From Psammoneis japonica (lineage: Eukaryota): 64,000 bases of DNA. Below, piece by piece: positions 35,901 to 49,330 of the stretch; the first letter of the stretch is position 1; every line of letters begins with the position of its first letter. The notes below the pieces were generated by a model that ran no database searches, had not been told where the DNA came from, and worked only from the letters and a program-made list of their open reading frames with translations. Position numbers and translations under genes: made by a program. The stretch is taken from positions 62,001 to 126,000 of the forward strand of contig QPGO01000041.1 of NCBI GenBank assembly GCA_008632985.1, read 5' to 3'.

Positions 35901-38039
35901 TTATAGCCCAGATAAAGCATCAACGCATGATTTCTTGCAAAATTGGCGGCACTGCACTGCAGCTGTCTTGTTGAACAAACCCATCTTTGGACACCGTCTT
36001 TCTGGCCGGCGTCCTACCCATCCACACTTTTTGATCCTTCCGTGCTTGTTCTTGATGGCAAACTTTCTGTTTTTACACCCTTTTGGGATAGGAATCTTAA
36101 TCTGTTGAACTTGTGCCGGCGGCACTGTTGTCAATGGACTTGTGGGCGCTTTAGTCGGCGGATTTGTTGGGGGATTCGTCGGAGGATTTGTGGGAGGATT
36201 CGTCGGAGGATTGGTTGGAGGATTAGTTGGCGGATTAGTTGGAGGATTCGTTGGAGGATTCGTGGGCGGATTTGTTGGCGGTGGTGTCGGTGGAGCTGTT
36301 GGCGCTTTTGTGGGTGCATCCGTGATGGAAATCAGTGGGTCCTGCAGGGCTGCATAATACGCAGCAACTTCAGCGCGAACGCTGTTGATTTGGGCAGCAT
36401 TGTCATTTTGTGCATTTCCGATTCGGACGCCATTGTAAAGATACTTAGAGGCGGGAAAAAGTCAGTTGAAAAGAAAAAATGTCATTGGATTGGGTTATTG
36501 AAGTATATGACACGCATTGGCGTCGTCTTCCGGCCATCACTTACCCTCGTGTTGGAAAATCGCATTACGCGTTCACATCTTGTTTTCGCTGGTGCATCGC
36601 AATCTGCTGGGTCGCAGTCGTATGCCATTATTGTTCGGAACGTTCCATCTGGGTCCCTGTATCCATAGTTGGAATTGGATGTATCGCTGCATAGACCCAT
36701 TGATCCTCGGTCGTGATTGCAACCCTGTACCACCCAAAAGACAAGTGCGTAATCGTGAGTCCCTCCTCTAGACAGGGGTCGTGATACTACAACTCGCGCA
36801 TCATCTGCTACTTACGAGGTTGTGGGAAACCTCATGTCCAAAGCTGTAGTAACCAGTAGCGCAACTCCAGGAACTGACACTAAACATGTAGTCTGGATGC
36901 GGTCCGAGCCATCCCAATCCGCAGTCTATAAGCAGCAAATAAAAACAAGACGTGAGCAAAGCTACGCGTTGAAATCTATTCGGGTGTGAAGCACGCTTAC
37001 AGTCGTCGTCGTGAATGAGCAACGACACTTGGTCAGCTCTAGCTCTTGTTCGTTCAAAGTGCACGTCAGCAAAGGTTCCGGTTTTGTTGGTTATTTCTTG
37101 CAGAGCATGTGAAAGCCTAATGCCCTCACTTGGCTCATCGTAAGTGGGATGACGATAGGCATGAACAAGTCGTAACTCCACATCGATTCCGCTCAAAGCA
37201 AAAGCCGTGTTGGTTTCTTCAACTGCCAGTTTGATTAGCCCCATCATCTTTTGCTGTGTTGCAGCTGTGAGGGTGCAACCACGAGCCATATCTGAGTACC
37301 TGCATTCAGCCTCTTTTGTCCATACTGTCATGACATCAATTACACTTCGATCATCACTCGCAGGTAGACGGCGCCGGCGATTATTGTCATTTATCGACGT
37401 GGCGTCACTTGAGTTTGAGTATATTCTTTCATGTTTGGAGGATGTCCCCCTCAAATGAGCAGGCGGATGCGCCAACGCATCGGATTGGTCTGGATGGTTG
37501 GAGGACGTCCGTCTCGAATGAGTAGGTGGAAGCGGCAATGCATCGTATTCGTCAGGAAATTCGTCCATGCGCTTATAGGTGGCTACAGGTGCACCATTCT
37601 GGTCCGGAGAAATATGAATGACGGCTCCATTCTCGTGAATGTTTCCGAACATCCATTTCTTATTGTCCGGCCCTGTTCGCGTTACAAGCATCATTGTGGC
37701 ATCTCCATCTGTTCCATACCAACTGGAATCGTCCTTATCGTCGTCATCCTCATGTGCAATGCCGTCTCGTACATCCAGCATTCCAATGGGTGGACGTGGA
37801 CGACGCGGCTTCGTTCTGACCCTCTTAAAGTGTCTTGCGGATCCTTGAAATAGACCTACATCAATAATCTCAGTACGTTCTATGTCACCAAGCGATGCAT
37901 CGTCTACTTTACACTTTCTCCCCTGGCATACAGTCGTGTGCATCTCACTGGCAGGACTTTGTGCGCCCTCCAATGATGTTGTCATTGGCAATAGCACGAA
38001 GAGTAGAAGCCAGAGAGTCTTGTGTTTCAGAAGCTTCAT
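35901..38039 (-). CDS. Secreted M12B-like zinc metalloprotease with Pro/Thr linker
   Basis: HEVSHNL-GCNHD, FRTIMAY, (TNPP)n linker, Cys-rich C-terminus; introns; paralog of 23922-25709. Confidence 0.85.
36150..36300 (-). repeat. 12-bp coding tandem repeat encoding (T-N-P-P)n
   Basis: GGAGGATT(C/T/A)GT(C/T/G) units. Confidence 0.8.
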
Positions 38040-38745
38040 CGTAATGGGAGGAGAGAGTTTAGCATAAACAAAATGAGCTACAATCTGCGAACGTAACGCA
38101 ATGTTTTCATTCTTGATTGAGACACATCCACCAGGACAGCTCGTCCAGCAAAAAATGAGGCCATAACATCGCAATGACATCCCTAAACAAAAACTGAGCT
38201 TGTCGATCATATTTAAGCCTATCTATGCCCCTATTATTTACAAGTACGATCAGAATAACGTAATGACTCCATTGACATCGTATTGTTTAGTGTGGTTGTT
38301 CTTTTGATGACCCAATGACCTGTCAATTTCCCCGATGTTTCCTAATGACATAAATCTCTCTTGTCTTGACGTCGTTGGTTGGATGGAAGGATGACCTCGA
38401 CTTTTTGTGAAATTATGCGGCGCGCCGGGAAACTTAGTCCATGTATGCCCTGACAATGACTCGTACAATACAGTAGCGCGCGCTTTGCGTCAGCGAAAAT
38501 TGAATGACCCTGCTATCGGTGGCTGGTCCGTTTTGCGCTGGATTTAGTCGCACTACCAGTATGCACCGTCGGTGCTCAATTAGTAGCCGAAGTTGACAAA
38601 CTCTAACTTTGGTGTTCAAAGTGGGAGTTTTGTGCTACACGTCGTATTTGGGTTTGGATTGGCTGGTTACTGGTTAGTAAGGCCGAGATAAGGATTTGGT
38701 CCGAGAAGCAGACATGACTGCTACTCTAGTAGCACGCGTTCTCTA

Positions 38746-40590
38746 TTATTGCATGTAGTCCCACTCTACGAAACAAGAGTGGAGTCCATATGGAACATGG
38801 TACGGCAGGTTCACCGACCACACAGGTCCATCACTCAGGCGGTCGGTGTCCAAAATGGACACTCTCGATTTTAGGGCATTCTCCTCGGCAATCTTTTCCG
38901 GAGGCGGAACATCCTCGGGAACGTGAGTCTCGATGAAAACAAGATAAGACCCAGGTTTTAATTCACCCTTCTTACTTCGTTTGGGCACAACAGTAGGTTC
39001 TGATACAGGATACCAAGAATCTGGTAGAATGTACCTATCAACAACATCCCCCCTTTTCCACTCCTTCTTATTATCGTCTCGCAATGCCATTTTTGTGTAT
39101 CCATTGTACAAGCATCCCTCCCTCGGTGCTGAGTATAGCTTGAGTGTCCCTCCAATGGCACCAACGTTTAGGGTGTACAATTCTTCCATGGACTCTTTTC
39201 CAACAAAACGTGGATCCACAATGGGAAAGTCAACGAGACATCGCGCATTGAGACAACCCTCTGAGACAAGTTCGCCGGTGACCGTATCCATCACCCATTC
39301 ATAAAGATACGGTTGGCTGTACTGCGATAGATAGCTCTCCTCTTGGCTGGGTTCGCTTCGAAGAGCTTGAAGAACAACCTTGTCGTCGGACGTTTCGTAT
39401 GCGTTAACAGTGTGCAAAATGACGGAAGGCTCACATTCAAACCACATGGTGTCTCCACTATCTCGCCGAACCAGTCCGATACGAGCGCCATGCTCTGGCT
39501 CGTACTCCACCGGAAAGGAATCATACAGTATTCTAGAAGGTCGAATAGTGAGTGGAAAGTCCAGAACAACGGCAAAGTTTTCTGTAATCGCACTGTCGTG
39601 AACCATGACTGGGACCGGAACGTCCACGCCAATCGTTTTCTTTAGATGAAATCCACTTTGATTGTTGCCACTGTTTGCCTCATCAAACACATCCACTCGC
39701 ACAAAAGGCGGAGAAGAGGAGCAATAGCTGACCACGATGCGTTCTCCTGTTTCTGGACATGTTCTGCCATGAGCGCTAAACGAGCCACCCGTAATGGGGT
39801 CATTATTGGGGACTGCACCGTCCAGTCGACTCATGCACTCCACCGTATCGAGAGACCCATCCCTGTTTACTCGAATCTCCGTGGGAGGACATTGTTCCAT
39901 ACAAGCCAAAATCCTTTCGCCGTGTATCGCCAGTGCCGTGTTGCAGGTGTCCTTTTGAGCTTGAATCGTACGAAACGAAACGGCGTTTCGAATCAAGGAC
40001 GCAATGAGTGGAAATCCCTTAGGTGCACCACCCAAACTACCTTCGAAACGTTTGTGTTGCGGATTCTCCTTTTCCAGTCGCCTCCCGTTTGTTTCTACGT
40101 AGGTGGAAGAAAACATGTGTTGGTACTCTTTGTTTTGGTTTGGAGGAAACGTGATGCAGTGAATCATGCCATCGCCATCCAGAAATCCATCCGTGACGGA
40201 TCCACCATTGGGACCAAGTCTTAGCAAACAGCCGGGCGGAAAATCAGCAGGCAGTGGCTTTGTTGTTGCCTTGGTATTGCAAGGCGTTGGGATGGGTCGC
40301 TCGGGCACCGACACAAACAAGGCATTCCACGTTTCGGCGTCAAAATTCGTACGAGCCTGTTGCTCCTGTTCTTGCTGGAGTCGCCGAATCTCACTCGACG
40401 ACAACCCACCGCAATGTTGAAAAAATGTACCCTCTTTTTTCTTGGATGTACTTTGAATTGCAGTTGAAAAGAAAGGCGCACTAAACCCACAAACAAACCG
40501 ACACGATCCAAGGAGTGCCGCGCAGCAAAACAGGAAAAACGTTGACTGTCGAAACAACGACGTGAAAACCAGGGTTCGTGGCCTTGTCAT
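38746..40590 (-). CDS. Carotenoid cleavage oxygenase (CCD/RPE65 family), probably plastid-targeted
   Basis: RLGPNG, DGDGMIH, SAHG, MVHD, LHTVNAYE, DFP, PYGLH; presequence VCG-F. Confidence 0.92.
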   Translation of the reverse strand: MTRPRTLVFTSLFRQSTFFLFCCAALLGSCRFVCGFSAPFFSTAIQSTSKKKEGTFFQHCGGLSSSEIRRLQQEQEQQARTNFDAETWNALFVSVPERPIPTPCNTKATTKPLPADFPPGCLLRLGPNGGSVTDGFLDGDGMIHCITFPPNQNKEYQHMFSSTYVETNGRRLEKENPQHKRFEGSLGGAPKGFPLIASLIRNAVSFRTIQAQKDTCNTALAIHGERILACMEQCPPTEIRVNRDGSLDTVECMSRLDGAVPNNDPITGGSFSAHGRTCPETGERIVVSYCSSSPPFVRVDVFDEANSGNNQSGFHLKKTIGVDVPVPVMVHDSAITENFAVVLDFPLTIRPSRILYDSFPVEYEPEHGARIGLVRRDSGDTMWFECEPSVILHTVNAYETSDDKVVLQALRSEPSQEESYLSQYSQPYLYEWVMDTVTGELVSEGCLNARCLVDFPIVDPRFVGKESMEELYTLNVGAIGGTLKLYSAPREGCLYNGYTKMALRDDNKKEWKRGDVVDRYILPDSWYPVSEPTVVPKRSKKGELKPGSYLVFIETHVPEDVPPPEKIAEENALKSRVSILDTDRLSDGPVWSVNLPYHVPYGLHSCFVEWDYMQ

Positions 40591-40899
40591 TTCCACGAAT
40601 GGGAGAGGTGTATAATGGTCTAGTTTGCAGGTGCACAGGAAGTCAATAATCTAATCACAGTGTTGAGGTCGGCATATTCATATCGTCGGCACAACACAAA
40701 ATCGCTTCCACAGTCCACACACTACTACGAATTCGGAAACAATTGCGCGTTTTCTTGCGAGAAGCTCAAATTTTCATCCCGAAGCAACGATCGGAGCTTC
40801 GCGCAAGATTTGTGTAGAATTGCGTAGAAAACATACCAGAGAGAGACTTTTTCCTGGGGCGTGGATTTTTTTTTGACATGGCGCAGCGCCGATCCACAC

Positions 40900-41860
40900 T
40901 CGGCCTTGTTTGAGCTATTCTTGATCGTTTTCGTTCATTGAAGACATGGACATTACTTTTAGGAGGTCTGATTGTTAGGTAAGCCCCTTGGTTTGGCGAA
41001 AAATGGAGTTGTCGTTGTGTTGAAATCAAAAAATGGGTGTTTTCCAATTTTGAGCGGCAAAACCCATGCTTTGATCTTTTTTCGTTAAAGACACCTCCTC
41101 TGTTGCCTGCCATTGCTGGTGTCTCTCTATTGTAGATACGAAAGGCACTCACTGTCTTGGGCATGCTGTGCATTTGATCTGTGGTGAGAAACAAGGCACT
41201 GTCACATTGACTGGATTGACCGGATGAGACGGGTTCCAGCCCCAGGTGGGACTTTTTGTGACATTGGGCCCGCAGAATTCTACGTGCGAGCTCCGTAGTA
41301 AAATTGTTAAGCAATGGACATGTGAATGATCGCCAACAGAAAAAGAGGCAATTTTGCGAACGCATCTCCTCCTCCACACTTGAAGCACATTCTTTGCAGC
41401 ATGCCCGGGTGTGTTCTTTAGACATCAAACAATGTGCCCAGCACACTTTTGTTGACGTGAGTGCAGACAACAGAAAGCCTTTGGCTTCGCAAAACAGGCA
41501 GTGTGGAACAATTTTTTACAATAGAACACGCAGAAATGCACGCGCGAAACATGCGACAGATGACAAAAAACAATCATGTCACAGTTCAGCAGTGCGAGGT
41601 CCCACCCAGAGCTGGAACACGTCATGATCAGGAATGGTCACGACCCATGCTTTGATGTCATTTCGTTCAATGCACCTCCTCTGTTGCCTCCCATTGCTGT
41701 CATCTCTTTGTCACAGACACGAAAAGTGTCTCCTGTCTTGGGTGTGCTGTGTGTGTGATCTGTGGCGAGTGACATCGGCCGCACATGTGTGGTCTCGCAC
41801 CGGTGTTTTGAGACTGCCGCTGACCCACACTTTGATGTTTGTTCGTTCATTTCGTCTCTT
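40900..41860. repeat. Degenerate tandem repeat (unit roughly 170-180 bp) interrupted by a MITE
   Basis: ccatgctttgat...cacctcctctgttgcct..ccattgct...ctgtcttggg at about 41065 and 41646; related partial units near 40920 and 41830. Confidence 0.6.
41228..41623 (-). mobile_element. MITE family A, divergent subfamily (396 bp), TSD ATGA
   Basis: GACGGGTTCCAG...CTGGAACACGTC termini; ATGA at 41224-41227 and 41624-41627. Confidence 0.85.
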
Positions 41861-41991
41861 TGCTCACACTTTTTTTGTCGAGAACAGCACGTGCAACACA
41901 CTTCCAGCAGTTACGAAATCTGTTCGTGTTCAAACCAATCAGCATCATTTGAGGATGAGATTCTTGTGGGGCCCTTTTCATTCCCCCCCCT

Positions 41992-42387
41992 GACGCGTTC
42001 CAGCCCCAGGTGGGAGCTCGCAGCACTGACGTGTGACAACAACAATTTTTGTCATCCGTCGCATGTTTCGCACACAGATTTCTACGTGTGACATTTAAAA
42101 AAAATTGTCCAGACTCGCTGTTTTGCAAAGCCCCAGACGTTTCACACAACAAATTTGTAGAAACAACAATGCGCCAGTTACATTCTTCAATGTCTGAAGA
42201 ATGTAACTGGCTGAGTAAAAAATGATGTGCTTCAATCATGTGCGAGTTTGTGCGTTCGCAAAATTGCCTCATTTTCTGTTGGCGATCATTGACATTTTAA
42301 TTGCCGTGTGATTTTACTGCGGAGCTCGCACGTAGAAGTCCATGGGCCCAATGTCACACGGATTCCCACCTGCGTCTGGAACGCGTC
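41992..42387 (+). mobile_element. MITE family A copy (396 bp), TSD CCCT
   Basis: TIR GACGCGTTCCAG/CTGGAACGCGTC; CCCT on both sides. Confidence 0.92.
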
Positions 42388-43924
42388 CCCTTCTTGCATT
42401 TCACCGAACCTGCTCAATCTTCTTCTTTGACTTCTGTTTGTCAGCTTTTCCTTCATTTTTGGCAGGGGTTGGATGCACTTGGTGCATTGGCATTGGAAGC
42501 ACATTTTTGCTGGTTGATCTCTTTGGCCAAACCTCACCAACAGGAGCAGAGCAAGCTGTCCATTGAAAAAGGATCACCAGCAGAGCAGCTGCAACAAGGC
42601 TGGCATGCAACAAACTGCCACAGAAATTGCCACAGTGATGACAAGAACAGGAGGTTGCATTTGATGCAAAAAATTGCTCCATTGGATGGACACATGCAGA
42701 CTTGCAGGGGTCCCTGCTGGCGAAATTGATTTTGTGATGGGTCTTGTTTCAAGATTGGTGCCAGCACAATGTGGTCAAATGAGGTTGACAGCCTTTCAAA
42801 ACTCCATCGATCATCATTCATTTGCACATCTGGTGAGTTGGTTTGCAGCCAAACATGCAGCACTTTCTAAAAGCTCCAAATGTGCACATTCAAAAAGCAG
42901 GGAAAAATCAAGAGAAAAAACCATTTTTGCAGAAACCAGCAACAAGGGCCTCACAACAAAAGCCAGAGCTCAATGACCACTTGCTTTTTGACTTTTCTTT
43001 TGGGGATCTGCTGAGAGCCAATGGGCGAGAACAAGCTGGCAAGGGTGCCAGGCCAGCAAGATGCCATGTGCTGCCAGAGAAAGGGCAGGCACCTGGACTC
43101 ACCATGGGGCTCTGCAGCAGTGGTGCACAACAAAAAAGTGCACATGGGAGGAAGAAATGGGCGGGAACGGAGGGCAAAGAGGATGACAGCAGCAGTGGAG
43201 AAAAGAGATCAAGTGAAGAAAGAAGGCTGCAAGGCTGCCGCGGTGCGCCGGGAGGCTGCTTTGAGAGACGCAGCATGGTGCTGCTGTGCCTGCAAAAGGG
43301 GGCACGATGACCCCCCATCGCTGCGGTCATCATCATCAGTCCTCACACTTGAAGTTCATCTTATTTTCATGTTTTGGAACTTCTCTGATCTCTGAGCGAG
43401 GAGTTGTCGTCACATCACAGAGGTTGGAGAAGCCTGTGTAGAAATGAATGTGTTCGTGTTGAGGATTGGTGAGGAACTCCATGCTTTCTGGGGGTGACGA
43501 TGCGAGGAGATACCGGCACTTACTGTACAGTGGGCGGGGAGAAGGCGCGTCGCGTGGCGGCGGGCAGGGTGGAGGAATTGTCCAATCAAATCATTCCCTG
43601 GTGGAAGATTTCTGAATTTTGCAGATTCTGTACATAAGGTACCATGATATTATGGCGCAACAATGACGTCACATGTACTCTTGAAACGACGTACGCGTAG
43701 TGCGACAAGAAGCATTCGTCAGCGAAAGATCGTGTCACGAGTTTAGTCGTAGTTTGACGTCTGGCACAAGGAACAACACGTCGAACACATCACTCCATAC
43801 ATACACCACATGCCACAGGCATCTATCAACGACACCTAACGAGAACGTCTTTTGGCTTCAGTATCACAGCTAATTACCCTCTTTGTGTGATTGGAGCTGA
43901 TCTAAGAATTGTTGCTGGGTGTTC

Positions 43925-44875
43925 ATGGCGAGTGTCGTTAGCTCATCTCCAAGCCGAAAGGGATTTGGTCGTTTTTCCGGAGGGAAACGTAGAGACCGGG
44001 TCGAAGTTAACAAAGATCCCATGTCGCTCTCCGAAAAGGCTTTCGTTTCTACGGCGAACCCTCCTCTAAAAAGTTGCCTATCATCCAACAACTTGTCTTC
44101 CATGAACACCGGTAGCAGTGACAAAATGATGAGGCGCAACGTGTCGTTTCACCAGATTGAAATTCGCGAGTACGAACGGACTCTCGGTGACAATCCTTGT
44201 GTCAGCTCGGGGCCTCCGATTGCTCTTGGATGGCAGTATGATCCATCCCATACGGTACTCAATGTGGAGGAGTACGAAGCGGAACGCCCTACCAGAAGAA
44301 CAAGGTCGCAATTCGTAATGAGCCATGATGCTCGCACGGCCACCTTGAAGAAGGAATGGGGTGTCACGGGTCAAGAAATGATGAAGACCATCAAGGATGT
44401 GAATATCACAAAGCGACAGAGGCGTGCAACAAAAAAGACACCGCGTTCGGCGGACAAGCGACACGAACTTCTCGAAAAGGCAAGGCGAAAAGCGAAACGC
44501 CTTGTTTCGTCAACCCCTAGCACAGAGGAGGAAATTGAACAACTCTGGAGGGATGCCCAAACGTACGAGTATTCAACAAAGAAGAATGAGGATATGCGTA
44601 GGACTATGTCATTGAATGATCTCGAGAATGCTGCGCAAGTGGTTGACTCCCTTGAAACGGCTACCAACAGCTGTATGAAGACAGCGGCTGACTGTTCTGT
44701 GACGCAATCGTGTAATGACTTACGGTTGTTGTCTCTGGAGGAGTGCCAAGAAGAAGAGGATGATTCAAATTTAATTCCGAATCACGACCAAAGCTTGGAT
44801 ACAAGTGACGATTGGTTTATCAAGGACGATGACGGTGATGAGGATGAGTGGGGCTTTGGTCTAGATGAGGAATGA
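43925..44875 (+). CDS. Conserved diatom-type protein of unknown function
   Basis: VSFHQIEIREYERTLGDNPCVSSGPPIALGWQY motif; normal codon composition. Confidence 0.75.
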   Translation: MASVVSSSPSRKGFGRFSGGKRRDRVEVNKDPMSLSEKAFVSTANPPLKSCLSSNNLSSMNTGSSDKMMRRNVSFHQIEIREYERTLGDNPCVSSGPPIALGWQYDPSHTVLNVEEYEAERPTRRTRSQFVMSHDARTATLKKEWGVTGQEMMKTIKDVNITKRQRRATKKTPRSADKRHELLEKARRKAKRLVSSTPSTEEEIEQLWRDAQTYEYSTKKNEDMRRTMSLNDLENAAQVVDSLETATNSCMKTAADCSVTQSCNDLRLLSLEECQEEEDDSNLIPNHDQSLDTSDDWFIKDDDGDEDEWGFGLDEE

Positions 44876-46333
44876 TCTCAACTGCCGTATAAGCCCAATA
44901 ATCGTGAAACGAGTGGAGCAAGGGCTGGTTTATTGTTAACAAATTGAAAGCTGCTTCACTTCTTTTTGGTGTTTCTGTGACACCATGCTAAGAAATATTT
45001 AGGTAACTGCTATGCTTTTTCGCTGCTGACAAAGTGTGCAGTGTCTACCATGCTCTGTTGGCTACTAGCTACGTCTTCGCTCTACTCGACTTCTGAGTAG
45101 GTTCGAGTAGATTTATAGATATCTTGGATTAATTATTGCACTCATCTATCACGGCATTGCTGTTCTTCAGAATCAAAAGTTGGGAGCATGTGTGAACAAA
45201 TTCCAACCCTTCTTTTGCAAACTACTCACTTGACCAAACGTTCTGAAGATCATCTCTCGCATCATCAGCCCGTGTTATAACCTTATGAGTGGTAGACTGA
45301 TACCAGGTAATGGTGCATCTCTCTGGCACCGGACATTTTTTTTCTAACTAGAGTCGAGGAGGTCCAAGGTCAAATCGAGTGGGTCAACTGCACATCCAAG
45401 CTCCCATTAGAGCTAGAGAGTTGAGCAGCTACACTGGCTAGAGAGCGAACCTCTGGTGCTCTCTGGCAGAGCTCTCTACTGTGGAGCTTGAGCTGAGAGG
45501 GCCCTGCACACGCTAACCTGCCTGCTGTGCAACAGTGGCGCCAACTGCACGTGCGACTCTTCAACCACACTCTAACGTCAAAGTGCCACAGTGTGGGCAG
45601 ATGTTTGTGTCCCTGGTGGGCGGCAGGTGGTGCGTTCTTCAAAAGCGGCAGAGACCCAACGAACGAGTGACTGCCAGACCTTTTCTTTCAAAAGAGCACG
45701 TGCGCATGCATGCATGACACCGGTGCCGGGGAGCTGCTGGAAAAAACGATTGTGCTGCTGTGGCACAACTTGATGACACGTGGCGCCAGGCGCCATGTGC
45801 GTCCTGTGCATTGGGGGTGCAGACAGATGCCACCCGCAGCAGCACATGCATTGCCACAGATGCCAAACACCCAAATCACAGCCTCGATGTGAAAAGCCTT
45901 CAACAACACCAATGTTGTCTGATTTCATTTCCAAAAGCATTCGCTTGTCCACTCGTGTCGGCAAATTTCAAGATTCTCTTGCTGGCTCGATCGCGTCTGC
46001 ATCTCAAGAACAACAACCAAAAGCACAAAAGCCCAAAACAATCGAGTCAGGTCCCTCATGCTGGACACACCCAGCATGAGGAATCGCAGACAAGCCGGCC
46101 AGGCAGATGATGTTGTCAACATTGCAGCATGATGACGCTTGGGGCAACAAGCAGGCGCAACAATCGCGTCATCGGTGCATTTTCAAATTTCCCGCCAGCC
46201 ACATGGCGCGCAACAGGGTCGGTTCTCGGCTCTCTTTCCTTGTGCTCGCTCGCGAGAGCGTCGCAGCGACGATGAGATTGAGAAACGTTCACGGCAACAA
46301 TGCTTTGGCAAAACAATGCTTTTTGCTGTTGTT

Positions 46334-47330
46334 TCAACCGTCAAAATGCTCGGCATCAAATGGTGAGCAGCTCATCATGAGGGCCAACTGTGTGATGTTG
46401 GCCACATCATGAAACACATGGTGATGTGTTTCCTTCGCGTGGCGGCATCTTTTCTGAAGCATTCCAAAATGCTTGAGCCATCCATTCACAGCCTCATGCC
46501 TTGCCCTTGCCGCTGTTTTCATGGCCTCGTCTGCATTTCTCAGGCCGGATGGAGTCAAGCTGTGCTGGCAGCCGTCACTGCAGCCACCGTCGGCCAGGTG
46601 CATCTCGCCGTCTTCAAGCTCTTCAATGATCCATTCGCGAGCAATGCTCAGATCCGGCAACCCAGCTGGGTGTGGTCCATTGACCCAAACAATCCACCCT
46701 GTTTGAATGCACACTCCAACTTCATGCCGCAGCCCAGCACCGTGGAATTTGTGGGAGAACCATGTTGGATCGAACAGCGACGGCTCGTAGATTCTGAAAT
46801 CAGCACCATCGAGTGTCACCAAACAAGTGCTGCCATTGTCACCAATGAAGCGGTCTTCCCAGTGAATCTAAAAAAGGTGCCAGTTCACTTGCTTCATGTG
46901 TGGGATCTTGTCTGGAATGGCGTGCACCAAATCCAACTGTCCAATGAGTTGAGCGCCAGCCCAAACCCATTTTCTCAGTGTGTCTTCATGAATTTTATCA
47001 CAGATTCCGGCAACGACTGTCTCAGATTCATGCAATTTGAGAAAGCAAAGGGTGCACAGCAGGTGAATGGGCAAAAATCCTCACCGTGTTTTTCCGTCGT
47101 CTTCCAGAAGCCCTCACAACTCAGATGCTGCTTCTTGCAGGGCACAGAAGTGTGAAGCAAACCGTTGTTTCCATGCTGCGGGTGACCCTTTTGGCTTCTG
47201 AATTGTCATCTGTGCCAAGTGCTCTGGCGCCTCTTTGGGTGGACGCATGATCAGTGACCACCAGTGCACACCATCAAGCATCATTTTAGACTTTTGTCAA
47301 TTGCACTGTGTGTGCCACTGGTCTCTGCTG
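46334..47330 (-). pseudogene. Harbinger DDE_Tnp_4 transposase
   Basis: LDGADF, WFSHKF, GLR(Y>H)EV, WVNGP, LADGG(Y>C), RARHEAVNG-LK-F. Confidence 0.85.
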
Positions 47331-48163
47331 TTAGAGCAGTTGTTTGTTGAGAGTTGTGTTTTGTCGTCTTGGCACAGTTGGGGTTCTCATTTGAAGAGGC
47401 CTTTCGTGAGATTCCCTGGTGCATGACGAAAGTGCGAAAAAAGTGCGATTCGGGCATGGTTTCAGAATGGTGACTTCAAAGCGAACGCAAAAGGCAAGTT
47501 TGGGTGTCCTCATCTCAACCGGAACCAGCACACTGACTGCTCCAAGGCATGCTGTTGGCTCAACTGACACAGCAGCAGAGCTGCAACATGTGACACAGCA
47601 TTTTGGTCCCCATGATCCATCAATGTCGGGGCTTAAAAGAAACATGTTTTTCTGCAAATCAAAATGAAAACGACTTTTCATGGATGAAGAGTGCACGTAA
47701 ATGTGCCGCTGAAAAGACAGAATGAAACTGCATGCCAAAGTTTGCTGTCAGTGCTGTTGTTGTCACAAGCTGTGGCTGCATTTAAGCCAATCATTCCTCA
47801 TTTGAGACGGCCCAAAGTCATCGTTCTGGAGCCGGAAATCGTTTTGTGTGTGATTTGCGAACGATTTTAGTGTGGTCTCGGAGCGTTTTTAGGGTGGACT
47901 TGAGGGAATCTAGGGCCCCCCACAATGTCAAGAGGCCCTTTCTCACTTTTGGCAGTTGGGATTCTCTCAAATCTCATTTTGACGGTTGGGGTTTTCAGAT
48001 TTGAAAAGAGCAGCATCCCGCGGAAAGCAGTGAGGTGGGTTGGCCGTGACCCATTCAAAAATGGGGTTCTCATTGCTGACCATCAATGCGAACACAGATC
48101 TTGATGCCTCTTGACTTTGCACCATCCATCCTGTCATAAAAAAGAGAAAACAAAAAAAACAAC

Positions 48164-49330
48164 ATGCCCAAACTCAATCAACGAACCAAATCGGTTCTTG
48201 ACACGGAAACCGCCGGTCCCCTTGTTCGTCCACAATGGTGCAAGGGATCCGCCGCCTGCAAAGTCCTGAAGGAGATGTTGATGGAGGGCAAGATCAGCCC
48301 TGGCGCGATGCCAAAAGAGATCCAGCAGATGCGCGCAGAGTTCATGCGCCATCCACTGGACAGATTCCGCACTGGCTTGTGCAGGCTCAAAGATGAAACC
48401 GGGTTCAATCTTCGTCGTGCGATGAATGAGAACCCTGACGGTGAGTGTCGATTGTTGATTGCATTCCTGCATGAATGTTTGACAATTGGAGCTGACGTCA
48501 CATCATTGCTGATGCTTGCATTTTCATTTTGACCGCGCGCTGCGCGCACTGTTGTTGTTCTCGCCGTGCATTCACCAGACACCGATGATTCCGACGACGA
48601 GCAGCTGTTCTCCGGCGGCCCAGACAGCACTCGTCAGATGAGTGCGTTGGCTCCAACTCCTGCCAACAACAATGACACAAATGGCATTGTGGGTGGAGCT
48701 GGTGTTGCTCTTGTGGTGGAGGGACGTGGTGGTGGGCAAGGAGGAGGTTGGAAGAGCTTCAAGCCCATGGTCTTGCAAGCCACTTGCAAGGATTCTGTCA
48801 CCAAGACCAATCACGTCATGTTGCTCATTGTGGCTCCATCTGGTGTTTGCACCACGGACCTTTCTGGCACTCAGCTGTCTGTTGTGGGCAATGGAATGAT
48901 GCTCAGTTGCGTCCCCCAATGGCCTCAGCACTCCATGGACATGGGTGCTCTCCACGCAGTTCTCCTCTCTGAAGCTTCTGCTGAAGGGGGCGGCCACGGT
49001 GGCGATGATGAACTGCACGACGTGTGCAAGCACCTTGAAGCTCTTTTGGATGAGCTGGCTTCAATGAGGCAGTCTGACTCTGAGGTCCTGTCTTCCACGG
49101 CCATCACTCCCTTGCCAATCCAGGTCTCTGGGAAAGTTAACAAGGTCCGTTTGTTGGGTGGGCGCGATGGGTCCAGGATCATTTATGTGGACCTCAAGAC
49201 AGAAGATTCGACATGCTGCGTGATGGAGAATCCAAAAGTCAAGTTGATTGATGCTGCAGGCGGCGGTCTTGGACTCATTGGTGACAACTGGGAGCCTTCA
49301 TGTTGGCGGATGGGATGCACACGCATTTGA
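48164..49330 (+). pseudogene. Harbinger accessory (putative DNA-binding) ORF, with intron near 48441
   Basis: Position divergent from the transposase; Tyr-depleted ORFs 48164-48532 and 48566-49330. Confidence 0.45.
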
